A stretch of 64,000 nt of DNA from Mobula hypostoma (lineage: Eukaryota). How positions within the stretch are numbered: the first letter of the stretch is position 1; each line of letters begins with the position of its first letter. Shown piece after piece: positions 29,948-41,981 of the stretch. The stretch lies in assembly GCF_963921235.1 (NCBI RefSeq), contig NC_086097.1, forward strand, positions 67,148,001-67,212,000, in the 5' to 3' direction. A program made the position numbers and the translations under genes. The notes beneath the pieces were generated by a model. It worked only from the letters and a program-made list of their open reading frames with translations, did not search any database and had not been told where the DNA came from.

Positions 29948-30900
29948 ACTAGTGGGGTACTTGCAGAGATCAATCCTTGGTTCCCAGCTGTTTAGTGCTT
30001 ATCAGGGATTTGGATGAGGGAACCAAATGTAATATTTCTGAATTTGCAGCAACACAAATTGCTGTGAGGACCAGGGGTCAGTTTGTGGACAGAGAACATT
30101 ACATTTATAAATGAGTTGAGAAAGTTCTTCATGGAGTTTAATGAATTTGTGGAATTCTGTATTAAAGACTAAGGTCAAGTTTTTGAATATATTTGAGGAG
30201 GCTGTACGAATTGATCTAAGGAAAGGCATCAAAGTATATGGGAGAGAGGCAACTTCATTGTGAGACAGAATCACTTGTGATTATAGTGGAGCAGGCTAGA
30301 AGGCCCAAATGGCCTGATCCATATCTTATCTTTCTATGTTCCTGGAAAGAGTAGAGAATTACAGGTTTAGAATGAATGATGGGCTTAAAGTAGGATTACT
30401 GATATCGATGGAAATGAAAAGTGATAAATAACTGTGTCCAAAGGTTTGAATGAGGTACAAATGGAGATGGATGCAATGGTTGATAGCTGTAGTTTGGGAA
30501 TTAGTGTTTAAGAAAGGGAGCTATAATCCAGGAACTATAAATGTTAATAATGGGGCAAATCCCGAAGTGTATTAATGTTAAGGAAATAACATGGTGATCA
30601 GAAAATAATAAGATTGGGCAGAGTTTATTTGTAACATTTTAAAAACCTGTTTGACAGATCAGTTGAAATTATTAAGATTGTATTTAGCAGAAAAGTTGAA
30701 TATGAATCATTGGATGCAAAAGAAAATACTAGAAATCTGAAACAAAATTGGAAAAAAACTGCTGGAAAAAGTGCCACAAGAGGTTATTAAAGAAAATGAG
30801 AACACAATATTAGTGGTAATATTACTGGCAATGATCGGTTAACAGACAAAAAAAAGAGTAAGAATAAACAGGTTATTTTTGGGTTGTGATAATGAGAAGA
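29948..30900 (+). mobile_element. CR1 remnants (continuation of the Gypsy host, plus a second decayed copy)
   Basis: actagtggggtacttgcagagatcaatccttggttcccagctg resumes the TSGVPQGSVLGPQL region; CR1-type 3' end tttctatgtt at ~30335. Confidence 0.7.
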
Positions 30901-32024
30901 GTGAGATGTAGTGTTTTCCCTCGTTCCTATTCTTGCCACATGTTAAGTCAAGCGATATCTGGTATTCAACAGCAGTGTTTTTTCTTAAACCAGCTGCTAT
31001 CTTACTAATCGCAATAACATTTCTCTAGGACAGCATATCTGAAAGCAATACTAAGACAGAAACCTGTGAGTGAGCACAAAATACGCATGAAAATATGAGC
31101 AGGAGTAGGCCACTTGGTCCTTCAAACCTGCTTCACTATTCAATACCATCATGGCTGATCTATGCTGTCCTGAACTCCCCTCCTGAGGTGCCTTAAATAC
31201 ACCTAATGATTGCACCTATATACATCTAATAATCAGTGAAGAAAATTCTCAGATGGTAGTGAATCATACCTCATTTTTAAATGACAGGCCTCTCATTTTG
31301 TATCAGTGTCCACTTGTTCTTGACTCTCCCACTAGTGAAAACAAATTAACTTCTACTGTGTCAAACCTCCTTAGGATCTTGTATGTTTGAATAAGGTTAT
31401 CCCTCGTTCCTTGAAATTTCAGGGAATACCGATCCAGGAAGTTTACATACTTGTACACATTTCAAAACGTAAAAGAAAAACACTTGAAAATCTCCAATTT
31501 GAAATGCTTGAAGTGTTTGCAATCTAGTAAATGATTATTTTTGGTGTAAGATAGTTTATGTGCAGTGATTATTGTTTATGGAGCTATTAAAGCTAAATTT
31601 TTCAGTAGTTTACACTGGGAAGAACTTATACACACTTATTTCCTACTGGCTTACTTATTTAAAGATGTTTATTTCTTTTCAGATGTGCTTTGTGCAAGTT
31701 TTCTTTTGAATAAGTTGGTTGAAAATGTAGAATTATTTATAGAATTAATGCTCTAAAAAGATATGGAATAAAAATATATTTATGAATTTGGGAAAAATTA
31801 ACAATATTTTTTGTAATCTCATTTCCTGGTACATGTGCAAATGATGTGGAGTTGCCTATATTACTTCTCACTTTATATCATGATGAATACCGATTACTAC
31901 CTTGTATAGATACAGGCCTCCTCCAGGTTACAGCAGGGACCCGAACCTGTGAACTATTTGTAACCTGAACAGTTTGCAAACAGGAATGTGGTGCCTATCA
32001 AGTTTTCCTGCCGCAGCTGACAAA

Positions 32025-32985
32025 TAGTCAGGGTCATAGTCATACTTTATTGATCTGGGGAGAAATTGGTTTTCGTTACAGTTGCACCATAAATAATTAA
32101 ATAGTAGTAAAACCATAATTTACATATTACTATTTAACTATTTATGCCAGGAAATAAGTCCAGGACCAGCCTATTGGCTCAGGGTGTCTGACCCTCTAAG
32201 GGAGGAGTTGTAAAGTTTGATGGCCACAGGCAGGAATGACTTCCTATGACGCTCTGTGTTGCATCTCAGTGGAATGAGTCTCTGGCTGAATGTACTCCTG
32301 TGCCCAACCAGTACATTATGTAGTGGATGGGAGACTTTGTCCAAGATGGCATGCAACTTGGACAGCATCCTCTTTTCAGACACCACCGTCAGAGAGTCCA
32401 GTTCCATCCCCACAACCTCACTGGCCTTATGAATGAGTTTGTTGATTCTGTTGGTGTCTGCTACCCTCAGCCTGCTGCCCCAGCACTCAACAGTAAACAT
32501 GATAGCACTGGCCACCACAGACTCGTAGAACATCCTCAGCATCGTCCAACAGATGTTAAAGGACCTCAGTCTCCTCAAGAAATAGAGACGGCTCTGACCC
32601 TTCTTGTAGACAGCCTCAGTGTTCTTTGACCAGTCCAGTTTATTTTCAATTCATATCCCCAGGTATTTGTAATCCTCCACCATGTCCACACTGACCCTCT
32701 GGATGGAACAGGGGTCACCAGTACCTTAGCCCTCCTCAGGTCTACCACCAGCTCCTTAGTCTTTTTCACATTAAGCTGCAGATAATTCTGCTCACACCAT
32801 GTGACAAAGTTTCCTACTGTAGCCCTGTACTCAGCCTCATCTCCCTTGCTGATGCATCCAACTATGGCAGAGTCATTAGAAAACTTCTGAGGATGACAAG
32901 ACTCTGTGCAGTAGTTGAAGTCCGAGGTGTAAATGGTGAAGAGAAAGGGAGACAAGACAGTCCCCTGTGGAGCCCCAGTGCTGCA
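32025..32985 (-). mobile_element. 5'-truncated Rex1/Babar-type LINE
   Basis: STGAPQGTVLSPFLFTIYTSDF, QKFSNDSAIVG, LQLNVKKTKELVVD, HRKSFLPVAIKLYNSS; aataaa followed by a (TGACTA)n-like tail. Confidence 0.85.
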
Positions 32986-33492
32986 CATCCATACCATCAG
33001 TCTGCCAAACACTCATTGTATGTATATGGGCTGTACATATGTTGGGTATTAGTACTCTGGAGAATATCTGTAGTGTTAATTTGCCTTGCTGAGATTTCTT
33101 AACCATTTAATAATTCTCACGAAATTGTATCTGTCACTCAAGTCTCTTTCACTTAACTTTTTTTCTCACAATTAGCCTGCTAATTATGAATTTTGGTTTT
33201 ATTGTGGCCTTTTGCGCTACCTGGGTTAAACAGTATGATGTACTACAGCTCAATCAATCTTTAATGCAATAATGTTAGCTAATTTTTTTGTATATGCATG
33301 CAATTGTTTCAAATAAATCCTAAAATGTAATGTTCGAACCATGATATCATTTTGAAATAAACACTGGAGTAAAGTAACTAAAAGAAGTAGCTATTATCTC
33401 ATTAGAGAGCTCTTTATTAGAAATCCTGTTGGGATTGTCCTGACATTTGCAAGGTAGCTGTTAAAAGTATCAACAGGTTTTTCTCTGTTATA

Positions 33493-33988
33493 CAGTACTG
33501 TGCAAAAGTCTTGGGCACGTGTATATCGCTAAGGTGCTTAAGATCTTTTGCACAGTACTGTAGTAATTTTGCGTATTGCACTGTAATACTGCCGCAAAAA
33601 AAGACACTTTTCATGAGTGATGATAAACCTGATTCCGATATGGGTCTGTATTGTGGACTGAGAATTGGAAGGGAGCAGGAACAGGGGAATCATGGTTGGG
33701 AAAAGGGAAAGGAAGTAGGGAGGAAGTGGGAAGCACCAGAGAGACTTTCTGTAATGACCAATAAACCAATTGTTTAGAATCAAATAACTTTGCCTGGTGT
33801 CTCGGCTGGGTGTGTCTACACTCATGCCACTCCCCAGCCCTTGTACTGCTCTGCCACCTGTCCCACACTGCTGACATGGCGTTCCACCCTTGCCATTTGC
33901 AACATCCTTTACTCACAGCAGATTTACAAGCTATCTTTCCGCTCCACATTGATAAATAATATGTGCCTGAAACTTTTGCACAGTACTG
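33493..33988. mobile_element. Tc1-type composite MITE
   Basis: TA|CAGTACTGTGCAAAAGT ... ACTTTTGCACAGTACTG|TA; a second right TIR ends at 33560. Confidence 0.85.
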
Positions 33989-34642
33989 TATGTAAGGGTT
34001 TTTGATGGACCAGTGCAGGTCCTCTGCCATTCAGACCATGGTTCTGAATGGCAGAGTTCAGTATATTTCAAGACAGCAACACAAGGTATCTCTATCCTGA
34101 CGTGATAAGTATGGACAAAATGACTGCAGTCTTCAATTGGTGAGGCACGAGTGAATGTATTTTCAAGATTTATTATGGATATATTAGCACATTATTTCTG
34201 CAGAAAGCAGTTTCTTTTTGATAAGTCTAGGTCATGTTTAAAAGCAAACTTAATTCATTTTTCCTCTAAATAATTTCTTTGACTCCTCCTACTTCCTTCA
34301 AACAAAAGTTGTAGCCCATGCGTCCCAGCTATACCTGCCTGTTTGTTGGCTACGTAGAACAATCTCTGTTTCAAGCCTACACTGGTGACCGTCCTGCACT
34401 TTTCCTGCGCTACATCGATGACTGCATTGGTGCTGCTTCCTGCACCCATGTTGAACTAGTTAATTTCATGCACTTTGCCTCCAACTTCCACCCTGCCCTT
34501 AAATTTACCTGGTCCATTTCTGACACCTCCCACCCCTTTCTCAATTGCACTGTCTCTATCTCCAGAGATAGCTTATCCACCGTCTATTACAAACCCATGG
34601 ATTCTCACAGCTACCTGGACTATACCTCTTCCCACCCTGTTA

Positions 34643-35641
34643 CAGTCGACCTTTACTAATCCGACTACCTGTAATTCAGTTCCTTCGATAATCCGGCACT
34701 GATTTCAAATTTTCCGCGCAACCGTACCAATCTGCTGCGCATTGTTTTGGTTGCGCTAGATCTGTTCACGTATTGGTACGCTCTTGTAAGCACAGACAAG
34801 CAATTCCTGCTTGTTTTCCTGCATTTATTAATAACATTTGCATGAGGCATGGCTGCCTGGCACCCGCCCATCTCACCTGCCAACGGCAGGGGAGCTGGTG
34901 CGCTGGGCTGGTCGGCCTTCTCACCAGCCTGTTGGCAGTCACTTAATGCCCTCCAGCGTCGCCTGGCTGGCGCGCTGTTCTCTTCTGCCTACGATCTCCG
35001 ATCAGATGTGGCAACCCGCTGAATTTCAGCATAGTACTAAGTGGAGGAAAAGAAACTAACGAGGATTCCCTCAGTAACTGCGAGTCTCAGTAACTGCGAG
35101 TGAAGAGGGAAGAGCCCAGTGCCGAATCCCCGGCAGCCTAGCGGTCGTGTGAAATGTGGCGTATAGAAGACCTTCTTTCTCCGGCTTCTGCTTCTGCTCA
35201 CCCAGACGTGCTGCCACCAACATCAACAGGTTTTGAAGAAACTGTAGTGCCAGTTTCAGCACCAGTTCCTGATGCTTCACTCATTTTTCAAGATGAAGAT
35301 GTTGATGATCGTGACAACGCCACACTTGCAGACATGTAACTTTGCCTGAAGGTATATTAAACGTCTCACTTTAGAAGCGGAAGTGCTCAACTGTTCTGTA
35401 CAAGTTAATTCCTGTACATTTACCTGTACCCTTTATTTTATCTGTGTCTGTGCAGTATATTACTTTATTAAAATTTCACTTGCTACTCATTTAATATTTC
35501 TGTTTCATTATTATCTAACTTGTACTGAGGTATGATGAGATGGTTAGCTATTGCTTAATGTGATCCTTCTGTAATTCAGCATTTTCACTAATCCGGCACT
35601 CCTCAGGTCCCAATGGTGCTGGATTGGTGAAGGTCGACCTG
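34643..35641 (+). mobile_element. Tigger/pogo-like non-autonomous DNA transposon carrying rDNA
   Basis: TA|CAGTCGACCTTTACTAATCC ... GGATTGGTGAAGGTCGACCTG|TA; subterminal TAATCCGGCAC repeats; the host PLE is continuous across the duplicated TA. Confidence 0.85.
34991..35172 (+). pseudogene. 28S rRNA 5'-end fragment (degenerate, non-functional)
   Basis: GATCAGATGTGGCAACCCGCTGAATTTCAGCATA...GGAGGAAAAGAAACTAAC.AGGATTCCCTCAGTAAC.GCGAGTGAAGAGGGAAGAGCCCAG.GCCGAATCCCC matches the conserved eukaryotic LSU 5' end. Confidence 0.93.
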
Positions 35642-37912
35642 TACTTGTGAAAACACCATCCCCTTCTCTCAATTCCTTTGTCGCATCTGCTCTCAGGATG
35701 AGGCTTTTCATTCCAGAATGAAGGAGATGTCCTTTTTCTTCCACAGAAAGGGGCTTCCCTTCCTCCACCATTAACGTTGCATTCAGCCACAACTCTTCCA
35801 TTTCACACACGTATGCTCTTACCCCATCCTCCTGCCACACTACTAGGGATAGGGTTCCTCTTGTCCTCCCCTACCACCTCACCAGCCTTCTCGTCCAGCA
35901 CATAATTCTCTGAAACTTCTGCCATCTTCAGCAGGATCCCACAATCAAGGACATCTTCTCCACACCGCCGGCCCCCCCCCCCCGGCTTTCCGCAGGGATG
36001 GCTCCACATGTGACTCCCTTGTCCATTCGTCCCTCCCCACTGATCTCCCTCCTGGCACTTATCCATGCTAGCGCAACAAGCGCTACACCTGCCCCTTTAC
36101 CTCCTCAGTCTCTGCCATTTAGGCCCTTAAACAGTCCTTTCAGTTGAGGTGACACCTCACCTTTGAGTCAGTTGAGGTCATATACCGGTGCTCCCAGTGG
36201 GGCCCCCTGTGTATCGCTGTGACCTGACATAGTTTGAGAGACTGCTTTGCCAGGCACCTACAGGGGAAAAAGTCCGTCCGAAAAAGTGGGATCTCCCAGT
36301 GGCCATCCAATTTAATTTCTCTTCCCATTCCCATTCTGACATGTCTGTCCCTGCCTCCTCCACTGTTGTTATGAGGCCACACTCAGGTTGGAGGAACAAC
36401 ACCATGTATTCTGTTTGACTAGCCTCCAACCGATGGCATGAACATCAATATTTTGAACTTCTGGTAATGCCCCCTGCCCCCCTCCTTCACCATTTCCCAT
36501 CCCCCTTTCCCCTCTCTCACCATATCTCCTTGCCGGCCTATCGCCTCCCTCTGGTGCCCCCCCCCTTTCTTTCTTCCGTGTCCTTCTGTCACTTTTACCA
36601 ATTTGCTTCGCAGCTCTTTTACATCACCCCTCCCCCCTTCAGGTTTCACCCATCACCTTGTGTTTCTCTCTCCCCTCCCTCCCCCGCCCCCCCAACCTTT
36701 TAAATCTAATCCTCAGCTTTTTTTCTCCTGCCCAAAATGTTGGTTTCAGCCTAAAATGTTGACTGTACTCTTTTCCTGGATGCTGCCTGCCCCGCTGAGT
36801 TCCTCCAGCATTTTGTGTGTGTTGCTCAGATTTCCACCATCTGCAGATTTTTTTCTTGTTTGTGTTTGAATTCGATGTGTTTTCTATTTTGGGTAGTCAG
36901 TTAGACTAAAATATATTAATATGAAACTTGTTGAATGCTGAAATGGTTTTTTAATGGCTTGCACCCATTAGCTTTTAAACAGGATTTCACATTGCGCTTT
37001 TGAGCTTGCAAGTATTTTTCTGACCACACAAGCAATGCTGAAATATCTCGTAATAATCTTCTTAAACATCGGACATGGAACATAAATATTGCTTTTCCCC
37101 TATCAACCTTTGTTCTGTAGATGAGACAGACAAATGATCTATTAGATTTCATAACCTTTCTTTTGAGAACTATGTTACAATCATTTGTAATACAAGCATG
37201 AATGTTCAACACTCACATCAGGCTCTATGATTCTCAAGAATGCAGTAGTTTCTCCTGAACTTGCAGCTCTCTTGTAAAAGCTATAGCTTCACTCAGATAA
37301 ATGTAGATGAAGTAAAAATTACAGATCAAAGGATGACACTAATATGCAGTATATCATGCATTGACTTCAATGTTATAAAGGAAATGTTTATAAGATTTAA
37401 TCAAGTAATGTACAGGGGGCAGGAATACTCTCAGGAGGGCAATGCCATTATTGTTGATCAAAACCATTAAATATCTTAAGGATATACTGTCTAATGAAGT
37501 GATTTATTTTGATATAAAGTAAGAGTCGTTTCCCTGTGACATGCGTTTTTTGAATTATAATCATGGTACCACAGAACTGAAGGATAGTAAAGCTTTTAGT
37601 TGAATAAATAAAGTCCATGGATTTTTGCATGAATGGTGAAATTGTTCTACGTGAGAAAGAATTGATAATGTTAATTGTGAACATTTTTATCAAAAATGAT
37701 TCCAAAGTTCAAAGTAAACTTATTATCAAAGTGCATATGTACAACCCCGAGATTCATTTTCTTGTGGGCATTTACAGTAAATACAAAGCCACGTAATAAA
37801 ATCAATGAAAGATCGCACATAACAAGATGGTCAAGCAACCAGTGTACAAAAGATGACCCAAAAAACTGTGCAAGTACAGAAACAAACAAATATGAGAATG
37901 ATTCCAGGAATT

Positions 37913-38250
37913 AGGTAGAGGAGAGTTTGAGGGCTTTGGCCTGTACTTGCTGGGGTTCAGAAGAATGAGGGGGAATCTCGTTGAAACTTGCTGAATATTG
38001 AAAGATCAAGATTGAGTAAATGTGTGATGGATGTCTCCCATAGTGAGCGAGTCTAGGATTAGAGGGCACAGCCTCAGAACAGAGAGATGTCCATTTAGAA
38101 CAGGGATGAGGAAGATGGTGAACCTGTGCAATTCATTGCCAGGGATGGCTGTGGAGACCAAGCAATTGAGTATATTTAAAGCAGAGGTTGATTGCTTCTT
38201 GATTAGTCAGGCATCAAAGGTTACAAGAAGAAGGCATGAGAATGGGGTTG
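37913..38250 (+). mobile_element. CR1 3' fragment
   Basis: ESRIRGHSLR...MVNLCNSLP matches the C-terminus of the young CR1. Confidence 0.75.
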
Positions 38251-39570
38251 AGAGTCCTTGAAAGTGAGTCTATAGTGGTGGGAGCATTTCAGTGATGGTG
38301 AAGTTGAGTCAAGTTATCCCCTTTGGATGGATGAGGGGTAATAAGTGTCCCTGAACTTGGTGGGGTAAGTCCGGAGGCTCCTGTACCACCTTCCTGATGG
38401 CTGTAGTGAGAAGCGAGTATGATTTGAGGTAGACCTATTTTGGGTGGTTAATGAAAACAAAATTTTATTTTAAATCTCTGTTAATTAAGTTTTGAAATCC
38501 AGTAAATAGAAGGGCTTGAAATTATTTTTTATGGCTGGTATTTATCACACTTCTCTTATTGCTCTTAAGAAAAAGTGCATTTTGGTGCCAGTATAGCTTA
38601 AGCAACAAAATGCAGTACTTATTGTAGATGACACACAACTCAGATGCTGGTGGAGATTTAGACAATGGATAGGATATCAATCAAGTAGGTTGTTTTCACC
38701 TGGATGATGGTGTTTTGAGTATTTGTCGAGACACCTACAGGGCATTCTATAGCACTGGTGATAGTGAATAGGCTTTGGTGTGACACTCGTTTCAGCCCTG
38801 GATCTGATCTTTTGCCATGGTAATTATATTTTTCCCAGTGAAAATCAGTGAACCAAGGATTTTTTCCAAAAATATGGCTGTAATTTGGCTTACTACCAAA
38901 TGTATTTAATATTCTAGTAACACTCTTGACAGTCTGCTATCTCAATGTTTGGAAATCCCAGTGATTATTTTATATGGTTCTATTTTCCACACTTCCTATT
39001 AAACTTGACAGCTGACTGGAAAATTTATTGTAATGTTGTGTAACGTCCTTTTGGATTAAAAGTGTATTAATAGGAGTGAAATCCACTGTTTCTGAAAATC
39101 CGTCAGAGCAGTTTGAAACTAAAGTACTAAACTAAAATACTGTACAAGCATTTGTTTAGCATTTTACTTCTGTTAGTAGCAGTTGAATGAAAACACAACC
39201 ACTCAACATTAGAAACGCAATCAGACAATTTGAAGCAAGTAGACTTTGTGCTATGGTGGCGTGTAGTTAAATGGGGTTAAGTCTTCAAATCAAATAAACA
39301 TTTTTGAGTGATTCAGAACCATTCTTTACATAAAGTACAACTGGTAATTTTACAGTTATTTAGTTAATGGCAGTTGAATGAAACACTGGAACTCAACATT
39401 AGGAACACCAAATTGAACTGCTTGAAGTAGGCAGACATCTTTGTGTTATTGATGAGTACCTGTCAAGTTGCCGTTGATTCAGATATATTAGCCTCTAAAT
39501 AAATGGGGTGAAGTCTCATAAATCTTGAGAGTTTCAAGTTGTCAAAGTTTCATTGAAATAAAATGTTGTA

Positions 39571-41440
39571 CAGTGATTCTGGTTAATTAAGACATATCAG
39601 GACCATATATTTTGACCCAATTAAGCAGCTGCCTCAATTAGCTGAAGTTTCATGGAAATAGTTAAAAAGGTATTTTAAAAAAAAGGCAAAACTACTGTTT
39701 AACTGCATAACAAGATATGTATTTAAATGAAATAATGAACAAATTAAAACTATCAATACTACAGTATTACAGAACTGTATTAGTTCCAAATATTTGTTGG
39801 AGCAGTGTACGCTGCTGTATTCTTTTGATTGACTGTAAATGAATCAGCGCAGACACCAAGTGCAGATAAAGAAGGTGCTTCCATACAATGCATCCTCCAA
39901 ATCTTCATTTGCACTGTAACGTTGAAGACGATTGTCAATATCTTCAAATTCTTCGCATTTTCTAACCTGAAGTACTGAAATAGTTTCATTTTCACTCCCG
40001 ACTGTTTCTGGCATCTCCAAACCTGAATGCTTGAAACTGCAGTGAGCAAAACTGTTCCGAATTATCTTGCTACTTATTTCTCACCAGCCATCAGTAACAA
40101 AAAGCACGTTTTTTTCCACTACACAAATACATGCAGCTGACGCTATCTAATTCTTCCGTCTCTGCCGCATCTACTCTCAGGAGGCGGCTTTTCATTCCGG
40201 AACGAAGGAGGTGTCCTCGTTTTTCAAAGAAAGGGGCTTCCCTTCCTCCACCATCAATGCTGCCCTCAATCTCAACCTCATCTCTTCCATTTCACGCATG
40301 TCTGCTCTTACCCCATCCTTCTGTCACCCTACCAGGGATAGGGTTCCTCTTGTCCTCACCTACCACCTCACCAGCCTCTGTGTCCAGCATATAATTCTCT
40401 GGAACTTCTGCCATCTCACACAAGATCCCATCCTGGCACTTATCCTTGCAAGTGGAACAAATGCTACACCTGCCCCTATACTACCTCCCTCACTACCTTT
40501 CAGGGTCCCAAACAGTCCTTCCAGGTGAGGCATCCCTTTACCTGTGAGTCTGTTGGGGTCATTTATTGTATCTGGTGCTCCTGGTGTGGCTTACTGTGTA
40601 TTGGTGAGACTCAATGTAGATTGGGAGACCGCCTCAATGAGCACCTATGCTCCGTCTGCCAGAAAAAGTAGGATCTCCCAGTGGCCACCCATTTTAATTT
40701 CACTTGCCATTCCTCTTCCAATATGTCCACCCATGGCCTCCTTTAATGTCTGCTCAGGTTGTTAGAACAACATGTTATATTCCTTTAAGGTAGCCTCCAA
40801 CCTAGTGGTATGAACATTGATTTCTCGAACTTCTAGTAATGCCTGCCCCTCCCCTACTTCACCATTCTCCATCCCCTTTTCCCTCTCTCAACTCCTTGCT
40901 TGCCCATTGCCTCCCTCTAGTGCTCCTCCATCCTTTTCTTTCTTCCTTGGCTTTCTGTCTTCCATCAGACTCTCCCTTCTCCAGCCCTGTATCTGTTACA
41001 CCAATCAACTTCCCAGCTCTTAACTTCATCCCTCCCCCTCCTGGTTTCACCTATCACCTTGTGTTTCTCTCTCCCCTCCTTCCACCTTTTAAATCTACGT
41101 TGACTGTACTTTTTTTTTCCAGATACACAGCCTGGCCTGCTGAGTTCCTCCAGCATCTTGTGTGTGTTGCTTGGATTTCCAGCATTCGCAGATTTTCTCT
41201 TGTTTGCTATTTAGAAACTGTTTGCTCTAAGCATGGTATAGTGTCTAACAGCCGCACAGGTGCACATGACTGATGCTAGTTAGAAACTATTTGGCAACTA
41301 CCTCCTGTCCCAATTAAGCCGAAGAGAATCCCAAATAAACGAAGGGAAACTTAGCTATTTTCTTGATTAGATTTTGTTCTTTAAGACTTGTCCCAAATAA
41401 GCAGCTGCCCCGATTAATCATTGGCATAATTGAACAAAAT
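39571..41440. mobile_element. Tigger-like non-autonomous element interrupted by a Penelope fragment
   Basis: TA|CAGTG start; subterminal CCCAA(T/A)TAAGCAGCTGCC repeats near both ends; right end degenerate. Confidence 0.6.
40150..41205 (+). mobile_element. Penelope-like element 3' fragment
   Basis: MSSFFKERGFPSSTINAAL, RDRVPLVLTYH and GIY-YIG-like IYCIWCSWCGLLCIGET; homologous to 35644-36866; flanked by gctatcta/gctattta. Confidence 0.85.
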
Positions 41441-41941
41441 CAGCTACATTTACTACGGGATGGTTTTCACCTTTATAATATTTTTATTACAGTACAGTAA
41501 TTACAGTTTGGTCTGCATTGAGCAAAATGTAATATTGAGCCTTTTTTGGCTTAAAAAAAAAACTTGAGTTTTCAGCCTGTTCATATAAATAAGTATGCTC
41601 ACTGCGTCAATAATGACATTTCTGCTTGTCAGCAGTTGTGTTCGTTGAATGAAACTTTCAATTTTAATGTTATAAGCAATTCTTTAGAAATATTTGCCTA
41701 GTAAGAGATAAATTGCAACCAGCCAACCTAATTTCATTTAGCATTCCTAGAGATACTTTTGAGACACAGGTTGTACAAATCCAGGTGCAAAATTACTTTA
41801 ACCTATAACTATTTTCAGACTTTAAAATGGTGACTTTTATTAGAATGACTGCTTGAACAAATTTCCTACACGAAGTAGCACTATATACTATTTTTGGACA
41901 ATATGCTTTATAGTTTGGTAATATATTCTATTCTGTTTCAG

Positions 41942-41981
41942 ATTTTTCCTGAAGGTATCAGAATTATTCGAAAAAACAAGG
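41942..41981 (+). CDS. SNX6: SNX6 small internal coding exon (BAR domain)
   Basis: gtttcag|A TTT...AGG|gtatgt; 40 nt; FFLKVSELFEKTR; follows a 24.3-kb intron. Confidence 0.92.

Larger units (their letters stand above)
34305..36866 (+). mobile_element. Penelope-like element (RT and GIY-YIG remnant), split at 34642/35642
   Basis: PSYTCLFVGYVEQ, LRYIDDCIG, FHPALKFTWSISD, YYKPMDSHSYLDYTSSHP; the reading resumes after the insertion with (T)CENTIPFSQF; pyrimidine-rich 3' end. Confidence 0.85.

Noticed and set aside
34991..35172. Functional rRNA gene
   Set aside because: Only ~180 bp, mutated, internally duplicated and embedded in a transposon; no 18S, 5.8S or remainder of 28S.
36419..36869. Pro-rich and Gly-rich ORFs
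   Set aside because: Artefacts of the pyrimidine-rich 3' region of a Penelope-like element.
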